Virus record (IMG/VR): IMGVR_UViG_3300043446_003193 | Span: 124,001-188,000 of that record | Direction: 5' to 3' (one strand) | DNA length: 64,000 nucleotides | Part shown: positions 19,157 through 28,992 of the stretch, one piece after another | How positions within the stretch are numbered: position 1 is the stretch's first letter | Layout: every line of letters begins with the position of its first letter | Notes under the pieces: model-generated | Seen by the model: the letters and a program-made list of their open reading frames with translations, nothing else | Databases searched by the model: none | What the model was told of the DNA's origin: nothing | Translations under genes and position numbers: made by a program

Positions 19157-21649
19157 TTAGAATAATCTCGCAACACCTTTAATATTAAATGTTCCCGTTT
19201 CAGTTACTTTAATTTGTATATTTCCACCAGATTGTCCAATTGACATTGCAGGTGATGGTCCACCTGCGCCCGATGTTTGTTTACCATTTTGTGATATACC
19301 TGCGTTTACTCCATAAGATGCAAATTGATAGTTTGCAGAAGTTGCAGTTGAGTTTGTAGTATTTACCATCAAAATATCAAATGTTCCACCATTGTAAGAT
19401 GCAGTTGGATAACTCACCAATACATATGCTGTTGGGTTTGTTACTGCTGTATAACTAAATGCGGTTGATGTAGAACCCAATGAAGATTGTAATGTTGCAA
19501 TACTTGCTGATATATTTTGGTCAGATGTGGTAGTACTCGCCGATAATGCATAAAGTGAAGCACTTACCGTATTAAATGATGAACCAGTCCAACTATTAAA
19601 TGATGCGGTTGAAAGTAATGATGAAGTTTGAAATTGTGATGATACACCATTACTATTTCCTACCCAAGCATACCCACTTTGTAAACTTGCGGTAAATGAA
19701 CCACTTATATTAACTGCTCCTGTAATTTCAGCTATTCCATTGTTTTGAATATATAAACTACTACCACTTGTTAATGATAAAACAGAACCAGATGGTATTG
19801 ATAAAGATGAACTTATTAGTGCTACGGAACTTACAGTTAAAGAACCTGTAATAATTTGATTACCATTAAATGCGTTTGAACCGGTAGTTGCAAATGAAGA
19901 TGTTAATTGAGAACTTCCACTAATTACACCAGTAGGTAATAATGAAATAATTTGTGAACTACCACTAACAATACCTCTACCCGTTGTTTCATAACTTCCA
20001 CTTACAAACCCAAAAGAAGATATTTGTGCAGAACTACTAATTGTTCCGGCAGGCGTTCCTGCTACGGTTAAGTTTACTATTCTCGTATTAAATGAAGAAC
20101 TATCTGTTGTATATGATGATGTAAATGTATTAAATGATGAAGTTGTTGTATATCCCCAATTAGTTGTTTGCAACGATGAAGATATAATTCCTCTACCAAT
20201 TATTTCATAACTTCCACTTACAAAGCCAAATGAAGATATTTGTGTAGAACTACTAATTGTTCCAACAGGTATTGTTGAAGAACTAATAAATCCTAATGAG
20301 GTTATTTGTGCAGAAGAACTAATTGTTCCTGCAGGAGAGCTTCCACTTAAATCATATCTTGCATCAAGTGAAGATGTAAGTTGCGAAGAACCACTAATTG
20401 TTCCAGATGGTAATTGTGCTGAACTACTTATTATTCCTCTACCAATTATTTCATAACTTCCACTAACAAATCCAAATGATGTAATTTGTGTAGAAGAACT
20501 TATTAAATTAGATGGTAATGGTTGAACACTACCACTTAATGTATATCTTAAATCATATGAAGATGTTAATTGTGAAGAACTACTAATTGCTCCACTTAAA
20601 CTTGTCAAATATGAACCACTAACAAATCCCAAAGATGTAATTTGTGTAGATGAAGATATAATATTTCTACCAATTGTTTCATATGAACCCGTATTTGATT
20701 CTAATGAGTTTAATCTATCTACTAAACTTGCTGTTGAAAAACTTGCTGTAAAATTATTAAGTGATGATAAATCTACAAATGATTGTGTGGATACTTGAAC
20801 TCCGTTTATTGTTAATCCACCTACTATTTGAACACTACCACTTAAAATTTGAGTATCATTTAATTGGTCTCCAAATTGATTACTACCACTTGCATAAATT
20901 ACAGAAGATGTTTCATATAAAGTATGTAAATTAGTTACAGTTAAATTATCAATAGTTGTTCCATTTAATTGAGTACTACTACTGATTATTCCTCTACCTG
21001 TTGCTTCAAACTCAGTAATTTGTGCAGATGAACTATAAACTCCACTTCCACCCAATACTTGCGAACTTGCACTTACCACTCCCGTTGGTAATAAACTTAT
21101 GATAGAACCACTTAAAATACCTCTACCAGTAGTTTCGTAAGAACCACTCACAAAACCAAATGATGTTATTTGTGATGAACCACTAATTAATGCAGGTTTA
21201 TTTACAATTGTATCAAAATTAGTTGAACCGGTTATACCTGCCGCGGCGGATATTGGTGCTAATATATCAATTGTTGTACCACTAATACCATCAATTCTTC
21301 TTAAATATGCTCTATCATTTGCAGTTAATTGATTTGCAACAAATGATGTACCTGTTTGAGTATCTGTAAATGTGTTTGATCCAGTTATTGCAAATCCTAA
21401 ATCATTTATTTGTTGAGATGATGATATTGTCCCATTTGGTATATTTGTAGATGCTGTAAATGATGCGGTATAATTTTCTAATGAAGTTAATCTTTGATCA
21501 TCTAATGTATTTATACTATCTTTTACTGCATTACTAACAACACTTAATCCCAATTTATAGGTCGTACCTCTATCAATACCCACTATTTGAGTTTCAAGTG
21601 ATGCACTTGTGAGTGGTATTAGTTGCGATATTCTTTTTCCTTGACTCAT
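19157..21649 (-). CDS. Ser-rich repetitive fibre/decoration protein
   Basis: 830 aa; KRISQL N-terminal module and many GTISSSxQI / GFVSGSYE..GRGII repeats. Confidence 0.7.
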   Translation of the reverse strand: MSQGKRISQLIPLTSASLETQIVGIDRGTTYKLGLSVVSNAVKDSINTLDDQRLTSLENYTASFTASTNIPNGTISSSQQINDLGFAITGSNTFTDTQTGTSFVANQLTANDRAYLRRIDGISGTTIDILAPISAAAGITGSTNFDTIVNKPALISGSSQITSFGFVSGSYETTGRGILSGSIISLLPTGVVSASSQVLGGSGVYSSSAQITEFEATGRGIISSSTQLNGTTIDNLTVTNLHTLYETSSVIYASGSNQFGDQLNDTQILSGSVQIVGGLTINGVQVSTQSFVDLSSLNNFTASFSTASLVDRLNSLESNTGSYETIGRNIISSSTQITSLGFVSGSYLTSLSGAISSSSQLTSSYDLRYTLSGSVQPLPSNLISSSTQITSFGFVSGSYEIIGRGIISSSAQLPSGTISGSSQLTSSLDARYDLSGSSPAGTISSSAQITSLGFISSSTIPVGTISSSTQISSFGFVSGSYEIIGRGIISSSLQTTNWGYTTTSSFNTFTSSYTTDSSSFNTRIVNLTVAGTPAGTISSSAQISSFGFVSGSYETTGRGIVSGSSQIISLLPTGVISGSSQLTSSFATTGSNAFNGNQIITGSLTVSSVALISSSLSIPSGSVLSLTSGSSLYIQNNGIAEITGAVNISGSFTASLQSGYAWVGNSNGVSSQFQTSSLLSTASFNSWTGSSFNTVSASLYALSASTTTSDQNISASIATLQSSLGSTSTAFSYTAVTNPTAYVLVSYPTASYNGGTFDILMVNTTNSTATSANYQFASYGVNAGISQNGKQTSGAGGPSPAMSIGQSGGNIQIKVTETGTFNIKGVARLF
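19900..21200 (-). repeat. Coding Ser-rich repeats in the 830-aa gene
   Basis: Multiple SSSxQI(T/S)S(F/L)GFVSGSYE..GRGI units. Confidence 0.8.
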
Positions 21650-21650
21650 T

Positions 21651-22280
21651 TTATAATATTATTTCTTCATCATTTTCGGTTAATATATTGATATTATCTT
21701 CCGTATCTAATATAAATTGTACAAATTTACCTTTTACATAAATATTTGTCTTATTTTTATTAGTTTCATCAATTCCAATAAATTCATTAATTATTAAATG
21801 AACTCCTGTTTCGGATTGTTCAAAACTAAGATAAGTTGGTGTTCTAACTCCATTAACATATACATCAAAATTTGCTTCATATAATTCAGTAACCGCCTGT
21901 ATATAAACATTATTAAAAGTTAATCTAATCCTTCTGTCATCTAAAATATCAATATAATCTGGTTGACGAAATATCCAGTTTGCTGTAATATCTAATATTT
22001 CATCTCTAAATCCTAAAACTAAATCCTTTTCACTTCTTTTAATAGTAGTCGGAATTAACGCTTGACGAGTTTTAGAATTAAATGTTTTTCTGCTTCTACT
22101 ATCAAATGATGTTTCATAATCATAAGTTTGAACCGATGCCAAACTTCCAGAAAATGTTTCCCCTTGAATTTTTAAATCATTTGCAAGTTTGTCAATAAAA
22201 GATGCACCTGGTATTTTATTAATATCAGTTTTAGGTACTACCTTATCTAATTTTCTTGTATTTGAATTAAATATTTTCAT
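21651..22280 (-). CDS. Neck-associated structural protein
   Basis: FDVYVNG beta domain as in the two upstream genes; acidic C-terminal ILDTEDNINILTENDEEIIL. Confidence 0.5.
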   Translation of the reverse strand: MKIFNSNTRKLDKVVPKTDINKIPGASFIDKLANDLKIQGETFSGSLASVQTYDYETSFDSRSRKTFNSKTRQALIPTTIKRSEKDLVLGFRDEILDITANWIFRQPDYIDILDDRRIRLTFNNVYIQAVTELYEANFDVYVNGVRTPTYLSFEQSETGVHLIINEFIGIDETNKNKTNIYVKGKFVQFILDTEDNINILTENDEEIIL

Positions 22281-22603
22281 TACCCTCTATATTCTACGTC
22301 TGCAGAAAGATATACTTTATCTCTTTCGTTTAGAACGTATGGAAAATTTGATTTTTTAAATTTTATATTAACACCATCTGAACTTTCTTCAATAAGATAA
22401 TCTACTGGATTGATTATTACGGTATTTATGTAAACTAAAATTCTATTTTCGTTTTTTTGTCTTTTTATTTCTCTTAAATAGAGTTTAAAAAACCAAAATT
22501 TTGCAACAAAAGTATAATAAGTTTCATCAACACTTTTAAATGTACAAAGTGCTTGATTATCGGTATTGTAGGTATTAACCATATCCAAAAAACTATTCTT
22601 CAT
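22280..22603 (-). CDS. Neck-associated hypothetical protein
   Basis: 107 aa, ILVYIN motif paralogous to the C-terminal domain of 22603..23703; coupled start/stop. Confidence 0.5.
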   Translation of the reverse strand: MKNSFLDMVNTYNTDNQALCTFKSVDETYYTFVAKFWFFKLYLREIKRQKNENRILVYINTVIINPVDYLIEESSDGVNIKFKKSNFPYVLNERDKVYLSADVEYRG

Positions 22604-23703
22604 TATAAATCAATAAATTTACCTATTATTGCAACTTCATAACCAGTAGTTTCTACATTATATCCTAAAACTCCACTATCAAATGTTATTGTTAAATTAT
22701 TTCCTGTTATTAATTTTGAATACGCGCCAACTTCCTCATATACTCTAATACCATTTATATAAACTTTCAAATTATCGTTATTACCAACGGTTGATGAAAG
22801 GATTGACGGTACTGGTATAAATTTAATATCAGAAGTTATAAAAATATTTTGTGCACTTGCTGTTAATATTTTTGAATTATTAAGATTTAACCAATCAATT
22901 ATATCTTTATTATCATAATATGGTGATGGTTTTGTTAGCACTCCTTCTAATCTTCCGTTTCCTGTTACATCCGTTTCGGTAGTAATAACTACTTTCTTTG
23001 TAGACATTGATTTTTTAATAGTTGATTGTTCATCAAACTTTTCAGGAAGTAAATATGCTTTTACATTAAGATTGAATTCTACTCTATTGATTCTTTCAGT
23101 ACCTTCACCAACTTCATTTACAACATTGAACTCAGATACTTCTGTTCTAAATTTAAAACGGTCTTTATCTCCCCAATATTGTCCAGTATAGTTTAATTGT
23201 TCAATTACCTGATTTAATTGTTCAGTAAAGTTTGTCCAACCCATACATTCATAATTCACTTCCACATATTCTGGCATTTGAATTTTATAAATTTCGTATT
23301 TAGGTTTTGAAGTTGTACCTAATAATGTAAAACGGTCGTATCTATTATCTTTTGAATATTTTGTTACTCCTTGATATGAAACGTGTCTTTTTAACATCGG
23401 CATTGCTTCATCTTTTGCAATTGACGTTCTTCTAATCATCAATAATGGTAATTGTATTTTACCATGTATGTCTCTAAAAACACCTTGTCTTCTTGCACCA
23501 TTCCATCTTTCCGAATTACCATATATTACAGGTATTTTTAACGCTTTACCATTATCATCTAATGTTGGTAAAACAGTATCTTCTAAATAAGACATCATTG
23601 CATAATCAATATCAAAGAGAGATACACTTTGTTTAAAGTCTCCTTTGTTTGATTTTAGTTGATTTCCCCTATTTAATGTTTCTTTTAATGGATTTGTAGA
23701 CAT
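22603..23703 (-). CDS. Tail terminator / sheath-stabiliser-like protein (T4 gp15-like)
   Basis: KIPVIYG..ERW...LPLLMI...PEYVEVNYE pattern; third gene after the capsid gene. Confidence 0.55.
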   Translation of the reverse strand: MSTNPLKETLNRGNQLKSNKGDFKQSVSLFDIDYAMMSYLEDTVLPTLDDNGKALKIPVIYGNSERWNGARRQGVFRDIHGKIQLPLLMIRRTSIAKDEAMPMLKRHVSYQGVTKYSKDNRYDRFTLLGTTSKPKYEIYKIQMPEYVEVNYECMGWTNFTEQLNQVIEQLNYTGQYWGDKDRFKFRTEVSEFNVVNEVGEGTERINRVEFNLNVKAYLLPEKFDEQSTIKKSMSTKKVVITTETDVTGNGRLEGVLTKPSPYYDNKDIIDWLNLNNSKILTASAQNIFITSDIKFIPVPSILSSTVGNNDNLKVYINGIRVYEEVGAYSKLITGNNLTITFDSGVLGYNVETTGYEVAIIGKFIDL

Positions 23704-23704
23704 T

Positions 23705-24160
23705 TTAGTTTATTCTTTCTTCTATGTTAAGATTTGATTTAGATACCATAAATGTTTGACAAACAACACTAAAATTATTACCAGGTTGTCCACCTACTAA
23801 TTGTACTTCGGTTGTATTATCAATCTCATAGTATGCTGTATTGAAATAAATGATATCACCTATTTCTGGATATATTCCTTTTTCTTCTAACATCCATCTA
23901 TCCAATTTGAATGTTACATTTTGATCAGTTTCGGCTCCAAATCCTTCGTATCTAGCAGTTTCTGGATCTTTGTTAATTAAAGCAAATACTTCTACACCAG
24001 GATGCCAGGTTTTGTTTATAGATTCTCCATAAATGTTTACCTTTGTTTCATTTAAATTAATTTTAAATAAAACAACTTTATTTTGAACTACATCGTCTAC
24101 TACTTCTCTAGCAAGACTTTTAAATAATTCTATATCTCTACCTACTAAAAATTTTGGCAT
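23705..24160 (-). CDS. Neck/head-closure protein (T4 gp14-like)
   Basis: NIYGES...PEIGDIIYF...YYEI motifs; synteny. Confidence 0.6.
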   Translation of the reverse strand: MPKFLVGRDIELFKSLAREVVDDVVQNKVVLFKINLNETKVNIYGESINKTWHPGVEVFALINKDPETARYEGFGAETDQNVTFKLDRWMLEEKGIYPEIGDIIYFNTAYYEIDNTTEVQLVGGQPGNNFSVVCQTFMVSKSNLNIEERIN

Positions 24161-24161
24161 A

Positions 24162-25358
24162 TTATCCTACATATAATTTTAAAGGAACTTTTCTTAACAT
24201 TTCTTGGTGGTGATTTGATTCATGCGCTTGTTTTTCAAACACATTCTTTCTACTCATCTCTTCTAAATTTTCTCTTAATTGCGTTACTAATAAATCTTTT
24301 TCCACTTGTGCTTCTGCTCTTAACGCTGCACCATCCAATGCAATTTCTCCATCTGGAATAGGAACAGAGGAATATTTTTCTCTAATAGCTCCTAATAATT
24401 CTTTAGATAATGCAAGAGTATATTTTCTAATCCATTGTTTACCCACATCATTAATATTTGAATACTGAATAAAATCATATGGAATATCAGAATAATCAGA
24501 AAGTGAATCGGCTTGAATTGTTTGAGAATCATGTTCAAATTCATCTCTACTCATATATTCAAAATAAACTCTATTCATTCCTGTTCCAGTTGGTACTGGA
24601 AATATTTCTAATTTATTATCTACAATATTAAATGTATGTGCAGATTTTCTTATGTGATCATTAAATTCAATTTGTTGCATTCTTAGAACATCTTCATATA
24701 AAGGCATCATTAAGAATTGTGCTGCAGGTGAGTAGTTACCAAATCCTAATTCTGAAATTAAGTTTAGAGTACCTTGTGCACCAACTGAATATGGGTCAAA
24801 GAAACGAGTGATAGCAGGAATTGCTTCGTGATATACTCTGGTTACATCTATTGTTGAACTTCCTGAAAACAATGTTTGAAAAGATGAAGAAGTTTCAACA
24901 TCTATTGCCTGTTTCATAATATCATATATCTGAACTGATGCGGTTAAATCAACATATGCTTTCTTTATTGCGGTAGAACCACCCACACCCGCTTGAGTTC
25001 CGTATTGTTGTGCCATACGAATCGCAGTAGGAAGAAATGAACCATCAACAAGTGTTTGAGAAAAATTTGAAACTTTTCCCTTTGGTTGGCCTCTTAAAAT
25101 ATCAAGATTATTACGAAGGTTAAATTGATTTACTTGAGAAGAATATTCTGAAGTTGCTTCTTCAAAACAAGCCCAAATTTGTTCATTTTCCAATTCAATA
25201 TTTACAATTGGATAACCTAATCTTTTTGCTACCCAAGTTGCAGTTTTTGGTGCATCTAATCTAAATTCGCTATCGGAATCGTATAATCCAAAAGGAGTTG
25301 ATGAACCTGATATAAATGAGCCAGATATTGAACCAGACCAATAAGTGTTTGCAGACAT
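24162..25358 (-). CDS. Neck/adaptor protein (T4 gp13-like)
   Basis: RLGYPIVNIEL...WIRKYTLALSKELLG.IR.KY...LDG..L..EA..E motifs. Confidence 0.75.
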   Translation of the reverse strand: MSANTYWSGSISGSFISGSSTPFGLYDSDSEFRLDAPKTATWVAKRLGYPIVNIELENEQIWACFEEATSEYSSQVNQFNLRNNLDILRGQPKGKVSNFSQTLVDGSFLPTAIRMAQQYGTQAGVGGSTAIKKAYVDLTASVQIYDIMKQAIDVETSSSFQTLFSGSSTIDVTRVYHEAIPAITRFFDPYSVGAQGTLNLISELGFGNYSPAAQFLMMPLYEDVLRMQQIEFNDHIRKSAHTFNIVDNKLEIFPVPTGTGMNRVYFEYMSRDEFEHDSQTIQADSLSDYSDIPYDFIQYSNINDVGKQWIRKYTLALSKELLGAIREKYSSVPIPDGEIALDGAALRAEAQVEKDLLVTQLRENLEEMSRKNVFEKQAHESNHHQEMLRKVPLKLYVG

Positions 25359-25384
25359 AATAAAAATTTATAGTTTTATACTAC

Positions 25385-25393
25385 TATAAATAT
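25385..25393 (-). promoter_or_regulatory. Putative late promoter motif ATATTTATA
   Basis: After the capsid terminator, upstream of the neck gene. Confidence 0.65.
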
Positions 25394-25398
25394 AGAAA

Positions 25399-25432
25399 TA
25401 AAAAAAGAGGAGATATTTCTACCCCCTCTTTC
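25399..25432 (-). terminator. Intrinsic terminator after the major capsid gene
   Basis: Minus strand AAGAGGGGGTA-GAAA-TATCTCCTCTTTTTT. Confidence 0.85.
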
Positions 25433-25457
25433 TTTTTATTACTCTAATCCGTTAAGA

Positions 25458-27083
25458 TTATAAAGTGTTTAAACCGTTTACGATAATCTTACCGTAGAAT
25501 TCTGGTCTAACGATCTTCTTAGCGTAACGAGTCATAACTCCTCTTCTTGGAGTGAAGTTAGTTGGATCGTACACTAAAGGAGTCATAATCAATGGAACAT
25601 ATGGAGCGTATACAGCACCTGTCTCAAAGAAGTTAGAACCTTTAAATCCTAATAAGATAACGTTCTCAGTCATGTATGGGTTTTTGTAAACATCATATCT
25701 GTTAGAGATAGAACCGATGTTAGTTACACCTGCAGCAAATTGTAAAGCATCTTTACCAGGATTTGCAGAGAAACCGTTCATTGATTCCAAAATAGTTGCA
25801 ACGTTTGGAGATACTACTACGAAGTTAGCACCACCTCTCATTGTTAACTGATGGATTTTGTTAGATACCTTTTGTAATTTGATACCTAAAGTTTGATACC
25901 AAGTACTCTTAGTGTATGCAGAAGCAGCTGCTGCGTTAGAATCTACCGCGAATGCTCCAGTTGCACTATTGTAATCGTATCCAACTCTTGCATCCCAATA
26001 ATCAGTTGTGAATGCGTTTTGTTGTAACATTTCTAAGATTTCCAAATCAATTTCTAAAGAAATGTACTCAGATAACATTTGAGTTAACTCAGCTTCAGCG
26101 TCTACACTATGGTAAGCATTTAAGTCTTGAGCTAATTCAGGAGTCCAAATTGCTTTCAACTTACGAGTCTTAGCAACGATTGGTTCTGATTTCAATTCTA
26201 ATTCAATTTCTGGAATGTCTAAGTTTGAACCTTTATCTTCAAAGTCACCTCTGTTTTCAGCAGATGGTTGCTTATGATAAGATAATGTAGCACCACCAGC
26301 ACTTACACCACCTGCAGATCCTGTACCGTAGAATTCTACTGAAGTACCATTGATCTTAGTGTATTTAGGATAGTAGTTGTTAGCTGTGATAGAACCAGAT
26401 TGTAAGATTTCAAATGCTCTTACACCGTTCCAATCAGCATCAGTTGGTAAAGTTACAGTTACTTTTTTGATACCACCAGCTGCTAAAGAAGCAGATAAGT
26501 CAGCGTCAAAATTGATATCAGCCCAAGATGCAGTTGCAACTGTTGCGTCTAACGCTGCTGATGTATCGTTGATTGTATAACCAAATCTTCCAGCTCCGTA
26601 AAGACCACCTTCAGCAACTTGAGTAGAACCCAATTTGTTACCGTGAGATGCTTCAGAGTTGTAAGTTAAGTTATCCTTACCGAAAGTACCACCTTTACCG
26701 AATAATGAATTACCGTTAAAGTCTGGGTTACCAGCTTGTGAAGTACCATATTTGAAGTCCATGTAGAAAATAAGACCTGAAGGTAAGTTCATAGGTTGTA
26801 CTGAAACGAATTCTTTAGCTGCGATAGAACCGAAGATTCTTCTTACTAAAGGTAACGCAACACCAGCCCATTCTTCAGAACCTGCTGAAGTACCTGTTCT
26901 TGTAGCCTCATCCAATAATTGCTTAGCTTGGTTTTCTAACATTACTGCCATACCATGCTTAGTAGTTTCTGAACCTACTCCTTCAAGTAAGCCAGTTTTT
27001 TCCCATTTGCTTTTCAAACCTCTAGTTTGCTCAAGCATTACGCTCTGTGGGTTAGCGCCTGTCATTAATTTTTTTAAGTCCAT
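25458..27083 (-). CDS. Major capsid protein (T4 gp23 family)
   Basis: LPLVRR, VSVQPMNLPSGLIFY, AKTRKLKA.WT.ELAQDL.A.H..DAEAEL, YAPYVPL, F.PRRGVMTRY are gp23 signatures. Confidence 0.97.
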   Translation of the reverse strand: MDLKKLMTGANPQSVMLEQTRGLKSKWEKTGLLEGVGSETTKHGMAVMLENQAKQLLDEATRTGTSAGSEEWAGVALPLVRRIFGSIAAKEFVSVQPMNLPSGLIFYMDFKYGTSQAGNPDFNGNSLFGKGGTFGKDNLTYNSEASHGNKLGSTQVAEGGLYGAGRFGYTINDTSAALDATVATASWADINFDADLSASLAAGGIKKVTVTLPTDADWNGVRAFEILQSGSITANNYYPKYTKINGTSVEFYGTGSAGGVSAGGATLSYHKQPSAENRGDFEDKGSNLDIPEIELELKSEPIVAKTRKLKAIWTPELAQDLNAYHSVDAEAELTQMLSEYISLEIDLEILEMLQQNAFTTDYWDARVGYDYNSATGAFAVDSNAAAASAYTKSTWYQTLGIKLQKVSNKIHQLTMRGGANFVVVSPNVATILESMNGFSANPGKDALQFAAGVTNIGSISNRYDVYKNPYMTENVILLGFKGSNFFETGAVYAPYVPLIMTPLVYDPTNFTPRRGVMTRYAKKIVRPEFYGKIIVNGLNTL

Positions 27084-27106
27084 TGTATGTACTTTTAATT
27101 GTTTGT

Positions 27107-28324
27107 TTATTTAATAATACCTGCTAATTTCTTAAATCTGTCAGAAAAATCAGCTGATTCAGCAATTACTTGCTTAGCTGCTGCTGGCTTAGTAGATTTT
27201 ACTGCTTTGCTAGCGATTCCTTCAGAAATAGATTTTTTAGTAGATTTGTTAGATGAAGAATATTTGAAATTCTCTGCTAATGTAGAGTAAACCAATTTAA
27301 CTTCTCTAACTGATTTTGTTCTATCCAAAGTTTCAATCACTTTAACTTTTTGTTCGTTAGTCATGTTGTGTGCTCTGAATAATTTGTTAGCGAATAACAA
27401 CTTAGCGTTCAATAAGTTCACTTCGTTGATTGTTTTTTGTAAAGACTTGATAGTTTTGTAAGCTTCGTTAAGTTCTTTTTCTTTTTCTTCTTCTTCAGCT
27501 TCGTCAACTTTCTCTTTATCGTCTTTCATATCCGCTTCCATTTCACGTAAGATTTCTTCTAAATCAACAACGTCTTTGTCATCTTCTTTAGATTCTTCTT
27601 CGTTGGTTACAACCACTTTAGGGTCTTCACCTTTGTCTGTACCTGCTTCAGAACCATCTGCTAAATTTTCGTTTTTAGCTTCTTCATCTTCTTCAGCTTC
27701 GTACATAGGTTTTTCTTCTTCTTCAGAATCTTCACCTTCTAATTGAGCTTCTAATTCTCTGATGATAGCTTCTAAGTCCATGTCATCTTCTGTTTCTTCT
27801 TCTTCAGAACCAGTTACGTCATAGTCTTCACCATCTTCTTCTCCTGTCTCATCCGCACCCGCAGTAAATGCTGGTAATTCTTCTTCAGAATCTTCTCCTT
27901 CTAATTCTGCTAATCTAGCTTTTAATTGAGCGATTTCGTCTTGTTTTGCAACTTCGTCATCACCAGCTTGATCATCAGCGAAAGGATTTTCTTCTTCAGA
28001 GATATCTGCTACCTTTTTGAAATCATCAACTTGTGCACCTGGTTCGCCAGATGTTGTTTCAGTTGAACCTGCTTCAAATTCAGTATCAGCGTCTAATGTA
28101 GGATTAGATGTAGATGCACCAATGTTTGATGAATCTAATTCTTCGTCAACTTTTTCAGCTTCTTTATCTTCAGCTTCAGCTTCTGCTCTTAACTTTGCAG
28201 ATAAGATAGATTGAAGTCTTGGAGTGAAAGCCTCTTCAAGTGCGATTTTTGCGTTTGCTAAAGCAGTTTCTTTTACAGCTTTGGCATCAGCGATTGCTTC
28301 TTTCAATAATTTTGAATTTGCCAT
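27107..28324 (-). CDS. Prohead core scaffold protein (gp22-like)
   Basis: Very acidic coiled-coil protein directly upstream of the capsid gene; ends FKKLAGIIK. Confidence 0.75.
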   Translation of the reverse strand: MANSKLLKEAIADAKAVKETALANAKIALEEAFTPRLQSILSAKLRAEAEAEDKEAEKVDEELDSSNIGASTSNPTLDADTEFEAGSTETTSGEPGAQVDDFKKVADISEEENPFADDQAGDDEVAKQDEIAQLKARLAELEGEDSEEELPAFTAGADETGEEDGEDYDVTGSEEEETEDDMDLEAIIRELEAQLEGEDSEEEEKPMYEAEEDEEAKNENLADGSEAGTDKGEDPKVVVTNEEESKEDDKDVVDLEEILREMEADMKDDKEKVDEAEEEEKEKELNEAYKTIKSLQKTINEVNLLNAKLLFANKLFRAHNMTNEQKVKVIETLDRTKSVREVKLVYSTLAENFKYSSSNKSTKKSISEGIASKAVKSTKPAAAKQVIAESADFSDRFKKLAGIIK

Positions 28325-28470
28325 CTTTTTTCCTTAAATTTTGTTGTGAAGTTATTCTTGTAGGGAACTCCAATGTAATTATGTTGATTGTTCGGTCACA
28401 CCTTATAAGAGAAGGGTATTCATTAACCAACGATGTCTTGTAATCTTATAATAAAAATAAGATATTTGAG

Positions 28471-28479
28471 AATAAATAT
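28471..28479 (-). promoter_or_regulatory. Putative late promoter motif variant ATATTTATT
   Basis: Upstream of the scaffold-capsid unit. Confidence 0.55.
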
Positions 28480-28489
28480 ATAAAATTTT

Positions 28490-28510
28490 TAGAAAACTAA
28501 AGAAAATTAG
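28490..28510 (+). repeat. AGAAAACTAA-AGAAAATTAG tandem (candidate operator)
   Basis: TAGAAAACTAAAGAAAA (17 nt) is identical to 55574-55590. Confidence 0.7.
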
Positions 28511-28686
28511 TGATTATACTTATTTTTTCTTATAGTTTCTTCTTTTTGTAACCTTTTTTTAATAGAAGGTTTAGTAAAGTTCTTTCTTTCTCTAAGTTCT
28601 TCTATTTGTTTTATGGACTGAACTTTCTTTTTATATTCCTTTAATGCCCACTCTATGTTTCCGTTTTTCACGTTAACTATTAACAT
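28507..28686 (-). CDS. rpsU: 30S ribosomal protein bS21 (phage-encoded; 59 aa, absent from ORF track)
   Basis: My translation: MLIVNVKNGNIEWALKEYKKKVQSIKQIEELRERKNFTKPSIKKRLQKEETIRKNKYNH*. It has the S21 pattern V...NIE.ALK..K.K......ELR.R..F.KPS..R, with an MLI(I/V) start as in Bacteroidota S21. Confidence 0.9.
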   Translation of the reverse strand: MLIVNVKNGNIEWALKEYKKKVQSIKQIEELRERKNFTKPSIKKRLQKEETIRKNKYNH

Positions 28687-28692
28687 AACTAA

Positions 28693-28992
28693 TTAATATG
28701 GTGTTTGATATTCCAATTGTTTTTTTAATTCTCTTTCGTATTCCTTTTCAATTTTATCTAAATCATCTTTAGCAGATTTAATATCTTCTTGATGTTTTTT
28801 TAATTGATAAAGATATTGGTTTTTTCTATCTTCGTTTTGTTCATCAAAATATGCTTTACTCATCATTTTTTGACGAGTTGTTAATCCTTCATATTTTCTT
28901 ATAGCATCAATGTATGCAGATGATGCTTTTCTAAAACCGGCTCTTATTTTAACTGCTTCTTCTTTTAAAGGAATTAGATTTATTAGTTTCAT
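28693..28992 (-). CDS. Putative internal head protein
   Basis: Coiled-coil 99 aa beginning MKLINLIPLKEE. Confidence 0.5.
   Translation of the reverse strand: MKLINLIPLKEEAVKIRAGFRKASSAYIDAIRKYEGLTTRQKMMSKAYFDEQNEDRKNQYLYQLKKHQEDIKSAKDDLDKIEKEYERELKKQLEYQTPY

Noticed and set aside
1-21649. CRISPR array or diversity-generating retroelement suggested by repeats and Mtd_N-like domains
   Set aside because: The repeats are in-frame coding units without unique spacers. I found no reverse transcriptase and no adenine-specific template/variable repeat pair in this window.
28325-28470. tRNA or known riboswitch in the long intergenic region
   Set aside because: No cloverleaf, T-loop or aptamer consensus that I recognise; kept only as a candidate structured leader.
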